Shown: positions 54,605 through 61,208 of the stretch, in pieces
How the letters are laid out: every line of letters begins with the position of its first letter
Numbering within the stretch: position 1 is the first letter of the stretch
Source of the DNA: a virus
Taxonomy: Duplodnaviria; Caudoviricetes
Reading direction: 5' to 3' (one strand)
IMG/VR virus record: IMGVR_UViG_3300009085_000030
Location: 1 to 61,208 of that record
Length of the DNA stretch: 61,208 bases
Made by a program: the position numbers and the translations under genes
Notes under the pieces: model-generated
Databases searched by the model: none
The model's input: the letters and a program-made list of their open reading frames with translations, nothing else
Told to the model about the DNA's origin: nothing

Positions 54605-55376
54605 AGTCGTTGATGAACGGGGTCATCAGCAGTGCGACCAGCGGCTCGCTGACGTTGCCCTCGACCACGACGGTCTCGTTGGCGCGCATGCGCGCCTGCT
54701 TGAGTTCGACCAGCAACTTGTCCACCAGTGCGAGTGCCACGGCTTTCTGGTTCGTGGTGCACGCGCCTGAGCGAACGACAGTCGTGAAGATACCGACGAC
54801 GTTGTCTTTGGTCACAGCCTGCACCTGGGCAGGGTGCTTGTCAGTGGGCGGCGCCATCACGACAGGCGTCATGACCTTCTCGGTCTTCGTATTCGTCTCG
54901 GGGTGCACCGCGACCCAGACATGGTTGCCCGAGGCGGGGTCTTTCACCCACGCCTTCGAACCGGCCAGTGTCGGCATCGTCTCGAACAGTTCGCGGATCT
55001 TGACCATGCGGGCCTCCAGGCCGAGCAACTGGTCCACCGGCATGTCGCGCAGCAGCACCTGCCCGTTCCACATCACGCTCGCCGTGGCGATGCGGTTCGT
55101 GGCGTTCTTCTGGTACTGCAAGTCCTCCGACTTGCCGAAGATGTCGAACGCGTATTGCAGCGTATCCACTACGGTCGTGGTCACCTGCTTTTCTTCGCTG
55201 GCCTGCTGCTCCAGCACCTTGTTCGCAGGCGTGTCTTCGATCATCGCCAGCGACTTGCTGTGGCCGAAGAAGAACTCCGACGGGCTCTTCAGCTTGTGGA
55301 TGGTTTCGGTGTGCAGTTTGTTCCACGCGGCGACGCGCGTCTTTTCCGCGGCCAATACTTCGTGCAGCTTTGACAT
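54603..55376 (-). CDS. Uncharacterised mostly helical protein linked to the tRNA-like RNA
   Basis: 257-aa ORF (MSKLHEVLAAEK...PPTDKHPAQVQ...LKQARMRAN). Its TAA overlaps the RNA closing stem. Confidence 0.75.
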   Translation of the reverse strand: MSKLHEVLAAEKTRVAAWNKLHTETIHKLKSPSEFFFGHSKSLAMIEDTPANKVLEQQASEEKQVTTTVVDTLQYAFDIFGKSEDLQYQKNATNRIATASVMWNGQVLLRDMPVDQLLGLEARMVKIRELFETMPTLAGSKAWVKDPASGNHVWVAVHPETNTKTEKVMTPVVMAPPTDKHPAQVQAVTKDNVVGIFTTVVRSGACTTNQKAVALALVDKLLVELKQARMRANETVVVEGNVSEPLVALLMTPFIND

Positions 55377-55431
55377 GGTAGGGTCTCGAGTTGGGTTGAC
55401 GATAGCGGCCGGCTGGTTTACCGGCGCGCAA

Positions 55432-55461
55432 AGTGTACAACATCCTTGGACGGAAACGCAA
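55432..55461 (-). promoter_or_regulatory. Sigma70-like promoter TTGCGT-N18-TACACT for the protein+RNA cassette
   Basis: Read directly on the minus strand, 55 nt upstream of the ATG at 55376. Same spacing as the other promoter candidates. Confidence 0.55.
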
Positions 55462-55473
55462 CGTCGCCTGGAG

Positions 55474-56730
55474 CTATTCTTCTACGGGTTCGAAGTCGGC
55501 GGCGGGGTCGTCGGCGTGCACCAGCTTGGCGGACGGTATGGTGTAGCGCACGAACGCGTCCAATGGGTTCGGCGCCTCGGGCTCACCACGCTTGCGGCGG
55601 GGCGCCGGCTTGCGGCGCTTGATCATCTTGGTCAGCTGGGCTGGGCTGAGCAGGCCCCGGGGCGAGAAGTCATCTTGCTTGAGGCCGAGCTTCTTGCAGT
55701 AGTCGATGACCTTCGACTCGTCGTCCCACTCGCGCATGCGCTTGGACCAGCCGAGCTTCCACCCGGGCAAGGCGTGGGGGTCGCGCTCGACCATCTTCAG
55801 GGCGTGGCCGCGAACAGCGTGCAAGTAGTCCTCGATGAACTTGGCTTTGCTCAACACTTCAAGGAACTCTTCGACCGACAGCAACTCGGGGTCAACTTCC
55901 TCGATGGCGCTGAACTCGACATGGGCTACGGCCATCACCTTGTTCTTGCGCGTGCGGCAGCGCGGCGATGCCTTGCACCAGCGGCAATGGTCACCGGCTA
56001 CCCGGGGGGCATTCGGCAGCAGCGCGGCCCGAGCTGACGGGCGTACCGTGTCGCGTAGGAACTTGCGCAGCACGGCATCGGAGTACTCCCATTCATCGAC
56101 GGGGCTGCGCTTGCCGGCTCGCGGCTGGATGATGACCGAGCGGTACTTCTTGAACTTGCCGAACAGTGCGCGGGCGCCTGCGGTGTAGAGCATGATCTGC
56201 GGGTTTTCCTTGGCCGCAACCTTGTTCACGCCGTTTTTGTAGTCGATGGAAGTGCACAGCGACATGTCTCGGTGCGCGATGATGACGTCACTGGTGCCGT
56301 TGCACAGATCGTTGTCGCGGGCCTGGTCTTCGTCGTCGTCGCCGGTGATGCCAATTTCGGCGCCGATCAGCACTCGCGTCTCGGGCAGTATGATCAGGTT
56401 CTCTTCACCGTAGGAGTCGATGTACTCCTGCACGTAGTCGAGCGCAACCTGCACCCAGTCACACATGTCCTCGTCTACGGCGGGGTGGTCGTCGCCGGCC
56501 AGATGCGAACCAATCAGGGCCTGCGGTTCACACCCGACGGTCAGGCAGGTCTCGAGCAACGCATGCGCTGCCGTGCCGAGCCGGCTATCCGGATTGGAAT
56601 CATCCAGAGACGGGTCGAACACTTCCACCTGGGCTTGGATGCTGCCGGGGCAGGCTATCCAGCGGTCGCTGCTGCTGGGCGCCAGCTTGGCATGCGCCTC
56701 TGGGTTCTCGCGGTCAAGGACTTTTGTCAC
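55474..56730 (-). CDS. DUF2800 Cas4/RecB-like PD-(D/E)XK exonuclease
   Basis: HAKLAPSSSDRWIACPGS, GTAAH, GTSDVI, IDYKNG, NPQIMLY, IIQPR and GDHCRWCKA..C. Confidence 0.9.
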   Translation of the reverse strand: MTKVLDRENPEAHAKLAPSSSDRWIACPGSIQAQVEVFDPSLDDSNPDSRLGTAAHALLETCLTVGCEPQALIGSHLAGDDHPAVDEDMCDWVQVALDYVQEYIDSYGEENLIILPETRVLIGAEIGITGDDDEDQARDNDLCNGTSDVIIAHRDMSLCTSIDYKNGVNKVAAKENPQIMLYTAGARALFGKFKKYRSVIIQPRAGKRSPVDEWEYSDAVLRKFLRDTVRPSARAALLPNAPRVAGDHCRWCKASPRCRTRKNKVMAVAHVEFSAIEEVDPELLSVEEFLEVLSKAKFIEDYLHAVRGHALKMVERDPHALPGWKLGWSKRMREWDDESKVIDYCKKLGLKQDDFSPRGLLSPAQLTKMIKRRKPAPRRKRGEPEAPNPLDAFVRYTIPSAKLVHADDPAADFEPVEE

Positions 56731-57017
56731 TTCATCTCCAGTTTCTCGAGTCGCAGGGCTTCGCGGGCGGCGTCCCAGGCTTCGGCCTTCAGCCGAAAGT
56801 ACGCGTCATAGTCAGTACCGTGGCCTCTTTCGTCCAGGCTCTTCAGTCGGTATTTCATGTCCTTGGCTTCGACCAGTTTGCGCAGTGCGGCGCGCAAGGC
56901 GGCGTTCTGGTCGAGCAGTTCTGCAATCCAGCGCCGCTGGATGCGCCACTCGGCATCGTAGTCACGCGGGGCTGGCGCAGGCGCGATGGGGCGGGGCGGC
57001 GTCCACTCGGGGTTCAT
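56727..57017 (-). CDS. Hypothetical protein (MNPEWTPP...)
   Basis: GTGA overlap with the DUF2800 start. Own start uncertain. Confidence 0.45.
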   Translation of the reverse strand: MNPEWTPPRPIAPAPAPRDYDAEWRIQRRWIAELLDQNAALRAALRKLVEAKDMKYRLKSLDERGHGTDYDAYFRLKAEAWDAAREALRLEKLEMK

Positions 57018-57053
57018 GGTAGGGTTAGATCCAAAAAAGGTGAGGGGTGACGA

Positions 57054-57086
57054 AAAAAGAAAATGCCCGGTTTTTGGCCGGGCATT
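57054..57086 (-). terminator. Intrinsic terminator
   Basis: Stem aatgcccgg/ccgggcatt followed by a long U-tract on the minus strand. Confidence 0.7.
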
Positions 57087-57121
57087 CAGTACTCCCATGC
57101 CGGGTTGCGGCAAGGCTAGTG

Positions 57122-57706
57122 TCAGACGTCTTCGTCTTCTTCCTCTTCTTCGCCGGCTTCGGCAGCCTTCTCGAGCGCGGCGGTGCACGCCTTGACAACG
57201 GCGGCATAGTCCGACTCATCCAGGTCGGCCGACTTGGCAGCGCCGTACTTCTTCAGGATGTTGAGCACAGCCTTCTTGCCCAGCGACGCGTTGGTCATCA
57301 CGGCGGTCAGCTGTTCCTTGACGTCGTCGATGGTGACTTCCTTGCCCTTCGCCTTGCCCTTCGCGGGGGTCTTGGCTGCGGGCTTCGCGGGGGTCTTGGC
57401 TGCGGCCTTGCCCTTCACCGGCGCCTTGGCCGGCGGGAGTTCGTCCTCGTCTTCGTCGGTGTCGTCGTCGCCGTCGTCGTCGGCGTCCCCATCCACGTCG
57501 TCATCGTCATCGGGTGCTGGCCGCGATTTCTTCCCCGCAGCAGGTACGCGTCCAGCCTTGGCCGCTTTGCCGGGTTTGGAAACTTTGCCAGTATCTTCAT
57601 CATCAGCGTCACTTCCGCTTTTCGAGGCTTCCAATTCGAGCGCCTCCTTGAGCTCTTCGAGACCCGAGATGACCGCGTCCAGGGCTTTGATGGTTTTTGC
57701 TTTCAA
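57122..57706 (-). CDS. Acidic/Lys-rich protein with small C-terminal helical domain, typical of genes upstream of DUF2800
   Basis: TTG start with GGAG RBS; C-terminal VTIDDVKEQL...GKKAVLNILKKYGAAKSADL..DY. Confidence 0.65.
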   Translation of the reverse strand: MKAKTIKALDAVISGLEELKEALELEASKSGSDADDEDTGKVSKPGKAAKAGRVPAAGKKSRPAPDDDDDVDGDADDDGDDDTDEDEDELPPAKAPVKGKAAAKTPAKPAAKTPAKGKAKGKEVTIDDVKEQLTAVMTNASLGKKAVLNILKKYGAAKSADLDESDYAAVVKACTAALEKAAEAGEEEEEDEDV

Positions 57707-57842
57707 CTGTTTACTCCGTTGGGTTTGCCGGGGTGTGTGGGGCTGGGCGCGGCCCCCGGGTGAACCGCGCCCAGTGTTCGAGGGGTGCACTGTGCCACGC
57801 TGCGCTGGGAAGCGCAATCACGCGCGGCCGCGCCCCTCGTCG

Positions 57843-58481
57843 TCAGGTCGCGTTCACGCGCCAAGTGTCCGTGGCGATCTTGTGCAGACGCGCCATTTCG
57901 TACTGCGCGCTGATCGCCAGGGCTTTTGCGGCCGGCTTCTGCAAGGTGACACCGGCACCCGCAATGGTCGTGATACCAGTGCCTTTCATGCACACCCAGA
58001 TGATCGTGCCGATCTCGAAAGGTTCGTTCGCGTTCGTCGGGATGTTGAGCGTGTTGGCCGCAGCGTTGCTCATGTCGACCTGCTTGCCGGCATCGGTCAG
58101 AACCAGTGTGTAGCTGGTACCGGTCTGTGCGTTGATCGGCAACGAGACCAAGTTCATTGCGCTGTCGCCCGCGATGAATGCGTTGTCGAGTTGCGTGATG
58201 TCGAGGGCCACCGCCCCGTCACCGGAACCAGCGGTCTTGCGCGTGCGCAGAACCGAGTTGGCAAGGTTCAAGTCCAGCGTTGCGGTGGCGCGGTCTGGCA
58301 GCAGCACCCAGGCGCCCGAGTCGATCTTGTATTCGACGTCATACTCGCCAGTGTTGATCAGAGCGACACTGGTCGAATCGGTTGAGTCGCTGATCACGGC
58401 GCCTGCACCGCCAGCAGCGGAAGTCACAGCAGCAGTAATGCGGGCGACAGATGTCGTTGCATGGAGAGGAGTCTTCGGCAC
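57843..58481 (-). CDS. Virion/fibre-like beta-rich protein
   Basis: C-terminal INAQTGTSYTLVLTDAGK...IPTNA..PFEIGT.I...GAGVTL...QY..ARLHKIATDTW resembles fibre terminal domains. Confidence 0.6.
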   Translation of the reverse strand: MPKTPLHATTSVARITAAVTSAAGGAGAVISDSTDSTSVALINTGEYDVEYKIDSGAWVLLPDRATATLDLNLANSVLRTRKTAGSGDGAVALDITQLDNAFIAGDSAMNLVSLPINAQTGTSYTLVLTDAGKQVDMSNAAANTLNIPTNANEPFEIGTIIWVCMKGTGITTIAGAGVTLQKPAAKALAISAQYEMARLHKIATDTWRVNAT

Positions 58482-58550
58482 GATACGTTCCTTTACGAGA
58501 GGTTGCGGAAAAGGGGCGCGGGCATTGTACGTCGCAGACCCCCTGCAGGA

Positions 58551-58982
58551 CTATTCGCCGGTAGGCACCGCATACCGGAACACGTACGTCGTCATCGGCA
58601 TGTGCCCGCGCTCGGCTGTCATGCCACGAAGCAGCACGTAATACCCGGGCCAGCGTTTCACTTGGTGCAGCGACACTCCAAGCACGACACTGGCAGCGAT
58701 TGGGCGCATGATGTCGACCCCCACATCGGCCAGGATGTCGGACAGCCGGTGCTGCGGGCTGAGGTCTTCTCGAGCATCGAGCTCCCCGATAAAGATGAAC
58801 TTGGCGGACTTGCCGAGGACGTCATCTACTTCGCGCCAAAGGTCCAAGTAGTGGATCGGGTGGGTGGAATACTTCTTGTACGAGTCGGCATCCGCCATGA
58901 ACCATGCGTCGAGCATGTGCAGCGGCTTCATGTCGTTGCCGAGGCGGGCAAAGCGCACGCCGGGTGATGCTGTTTCAACCAT
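58551..58982 (-). CDS. Hypothetical protein
   Basis: AGGAG RBS; 143 aa. Confidence 0.5.
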   Translation of the reverse strand: MVETASPGVRFARLGNDMKPLHMLDAWFMADADSYKKYSTHPIHYLDLWREVDDVLGKSAKFIFIGELDAREDLSPQHRLSDILADVGVDIMRPIAASVVLGVSLHQVKRWPGYYVLLRGMTAERGHMPMTTYVFRYAVPTGE

Positions 58983-59007
58983 AGGGTTCTCCTGGTTAGG
59001 GGTAGGG

Positions 59008-59274
59008 TCAGAGGTCGGTAACGTCGAACACGTGAAAGACCAAGGCGTCGTGCGCTACCAGATACGAGTCGATGTAGACGCCCGGGTTGTCTGGCACCGG
59101 GGCGCCGGTGCCGTAGGTGGCAAGAATGCGCGGAACGGAATGCGCCGATGGGTCACACAGCGCCCAGAGGCGTGGGTAGTCACCTTGGACTTGGACCCGT
59201 AGCAAGCGGGCGCCCATGGGGATGTGCAGCGTCTGCCGGTCGGTCATGCCGAGGGTCCACTTCCAGATAACCAT
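59008..59274 (-). CDS. Conserved small phage protein (IWKW...G...L.VQ.Q...LWA...GTG...LVFHVF type)
   Basis: Motif pattern recurrent in phage early regions; AAGGA RBS. Confidence 0.6.
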   Translation of the reverse strand: MVIWKWTLGMTDRQTLHIPMGARLLRVQVQGDYPRLWALCDPSAHSVPRILATYGTGAPVPDNPGVYIDSYLVAHDALVFHVFDVTDL

Positions 59275-59276
59275 CA

Positions 59277-59537
59277 CTACATTCCTTTTGGTATGTGGTT
59301 CAGAGCGGCGTCTGCACGCCGGCCGTTGTCGAGCGAGAGCACCGCGACCGATGCCAGCAGCGCATGATACTGGTTGGCACTGGCGCTGTTCTTGGCGAAG
59401 GCGCGGGCTTCGTCCGCGTACCACTCAAGCGCCGTACGCAAGACGGCGATGTGGTGGTCTTTGGCGGCGCAGGCTGCGGCCATCAGGGCTTGGGTCTGCT
59501 CGGCGGTAAAGGTCGCCGGTTGATTGGGTGTAGTCAC
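59277..59537 (-). CDS. Hypothetical protein
   Basis: LRTALEWYAD...DNGRRADAAL motif; GTG start with AGGA RBS. Confidence 0.5.
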   Translation of the reverse strand: MTTPNQPATFTAEQTQALMAAACAAKDHHIAVLRTALEWYADEARAFAKNSASANQYHALLASVAVLSLDNGRRADAALNHIPKGM

Positions 59538-59680
59538 AACAGTCCTATACAAAGTGCGACGCCGGTGAGTACCCCGGCGCTGAAGATGGCGAACACGCAC
59601 ACCATGAGGTACCCCAGCGTGGATCCGTCGCTGGGCTGGGCTTCTTCTGGCGGGCGGTAGTGCATGGCAGGGGCACCAGG

Positions 59681-59705
59681 AAAAACGGCCCCTCGATGGG
59701 GGCCG
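59681..59705 (-). terminator. Intrinsic terminator
   Basis: Stem cggcccc/ggggccg plus U5 on the minus strand, just downstream of the ParB-like gene. Confidence 0.65.
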
Positions 59706-59725
59706 CTGGCGGGGCTATCGGGCCG

Positions 59726-60886
59726 CTAGGCTGTCGGGGCCTTGCGGCTGCGCTTGGGGGCGCTGGCGGGCTCGCTGGGGGCCTTGCCGGCGGGCTTCGC
59801 CCTGCCCCGGGCGGGCTTGGCAGCGGGGGCCGGCTCGGCGCTGGCCGCAGGGGCGGCGGCGCCCTTCTTGCTGCTGGCGCTGGCCTTGGCAAGCACCGAA
59901 GTCACGTCTGCGAGCGCGGCCTTGCCCGCGTCGGCCTGCGCGTTGAGCAGCGGCCATTCCACCCTGCCCTGGTTCACGCAGGCTTCGACGGCGGGGCGCA
60001 GCATCGACCATGCGAACTTGACGAAGTCCACACGCTCGGGCTCGGTCAGCGCCTTGAAGTGCTTGGCGGCAGCGCTGGCGGGCGTCTCGCGGCTCTTGTG
60101 GTCGTGGCCGATCCGGCCAGCAGGCAGGTTGCCTTTGTCACCCTTGGGGGTCGGGATGCGCGGGCTGGGCGTGTCGTCGTCCAGCAGGTCGTCGATGTCC
60201 GCGCCACCGAGCAGATCGTCGACATTCCCGTCGAAGTCGCTATCCTCGTCGTCGTCGCTTTCGTCCTCGGGGTCAGCTCGCGTGGTGTCGTCCGGCTTGG
60301 TGGCGGGCTTGCGAGCGTTGATGTCGATGATGCCGCAGTCGACCAGCATCGTCTGCAGCATGGCAGTGGTGATGTCCGCGTTCGTGTTCAACGAGGAGAC
60401 GCACCGGGCGGCGTCGGAGTTCGAGTCGGCTGCCCGCAGCAACTGGACGATCTCGTTGAGGCGCTGCAACGAGCAGCACGATGACTTGGCGATTGCCTTT
60501 TGCGTGATGCCGGTCGTGCCCTCGCCCGACACGTGGAGGAAGTACTTGGCTCCGAACAGTGCCTTCTGCACGCTGCTCAGCTTGCGGCGTATGGCGTTGG
60601 CGCCGAACGCGACGGCAGCGGGATTGGTGCCCTTGTACTCCTTGTACTTGGGGGTCAGGCCCATTTGCAGGCACCCCATGTACCGTTCCCAGCCATCGAG
60701 GACCATGCCTTCGTAGGTGATGATCTCTTGGTGCTGGCCGTTCGCGGCCATGTCCGTCGCCAGTGCCAACCGCTCTTCTTCGCTGGTGGGCAGCGAGAAC
60801 TTCTCGCTCAACGGGTGCCGTTGCAGCTTGGCGATTGTGGGGGCGGCGGCAGCGGCTACGCTGACGGGCTTCTTGGCTTTTGCCAT
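59726..60886 (-). CDS. ParB-like N-terminal domain + HTH protein with acidic and basic low-complexity tails
   Basis: HPLSEKF...LATDMAANGQHQEII.YEGMVLDGWERY, NAIRRKLS..QKA and ITQKAIAKSS; AAGGAG RBS before the ATG at 60886. Confidence 0.75.
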   Translation of the reverse strand: MAKAKKPVSVAAAAAPTIAKLQRHPLSEKFSLPTSEEERLALATDMAANGQHQEIITYEGMVLDGWERYMGCLQMGLTPKYKEYKGTNPAAVAFGANAIRRKLSSVQKALFGAKYFLHVSGEGTTGITQKAIAKSSCCSLQRLNEIVQLLRAADSNSDAARCVSSLNTNADITTAMLQTMLVDCGIIDINARKPATKPDDTTRADPEDESDDDEDSDFDGNVDDLLGGADIDDLLDDDTPSPRIPTPKGDKGNLPAGRIGHDHKSRETPASAAAKHFKALTEPERVDFVKFAWSMLRPAVEACVNQGRVEWPLLNAQADAGKAALADVTSVLAKASASSKKGAAAPAASAEPAPAAKPARGRAKPAGKAPSEPASAPKRSRKAPTA

Positions 60887-60942
60887 TTTTGAAAGCTCCT
60901 TGGGTTGGTCGCCAGACAAGCACCACGCCTGCTGGCGGGGCC

Positions 60943-61010
60943 AGTATACAGCATGTGTGCACGTGACCCCCCTAGGGGTAAACCCTAGTGCCCGATTACC
61001 GGTGGTAATC
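60943..61010 (-). promoter_or_regulatory. Regulatory region: TATACT -10 with palindrome, GGGTAAACCCT site and 17-bp operator-like palindrome
   Basis: agtatacagcatgtgt (60943-60958), gggtaaaccct (60976-60986) and gattaccggtggtaatc (60994-61010). Confidence 0.55.
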
Positions 61011-61208
61011 TGGCTCTTCGACCGGGTTTACCCTGTGGACAACCAAAACCAGTCCGCTAGTGCCGCTCCTCGACCTTGTACTCATGCGTGGGATTTATGC
61101 TGCTGAACGTAGCCACGGCTTGCGCTGCGTCTTGGCAGAAACGGTACGGGCAGACATCCTCCCATTCTGTCCACACAGTCTTCGAGGAAAAGTGGTGACC
61201 GTCGTAGC

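Noticed and set aside
55474-56730. CRISPR-Cas (cas4) locus
   Set aside because: This is a DUF2800-type phage exonuclease in replication context. There are no other cas genes and no repeat-spacer array.
1-61208. Integrated prophage with att sites or a lysogeny module
   Set aside because: No integrase, clear CI repressor or host genes were recognised, so lifestyle cannot be determined from this window.

Overview
The window is most of a GC-rich tailed-phage (siphovirus-like) genome with two convergent arms. The + strand (1-34.5 kb) encodes virion and lysis functions: repeat-rich fibre/depolymerase-like genes, HK97-type protease, capsid and portal in a non-canonical order, a tail module with a G/GT -1 frameshift site, tape measure, a 2741-aa tail tip protein, and a GH19 endolysin fused to a membrane domain. 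The - strand (34.7-61.2 kb) encodes small early-type genes, an SPFH/flotillin protein, DUF932, a thymidine-hypermodification cluster (dUMP hydroxymethylase, 5-hmdU kinase-type helical protein, amino acid:DNA transferase, P-loop kinase, HD hydrolase, DUF3310), SNF2 helicase, VRR-NUC, family A polymerase, DUF2815, DUF2800 and two ParB-like proteins. No terminase, primase, integrase or recognisable repressor is visible. The most striking observation is a cassette with its own candidate promoter inserted between DUF2800 and DUF2815. It consists of an uncharacterised 257-aa protein followed by a ~315-nt structured RNA holding a circularly permuted tRNA cloverleaf (T-arm and CCA half before the D-arm half, no anticodon loop). 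All family assignments are motif recognition by eye, with no database searches.
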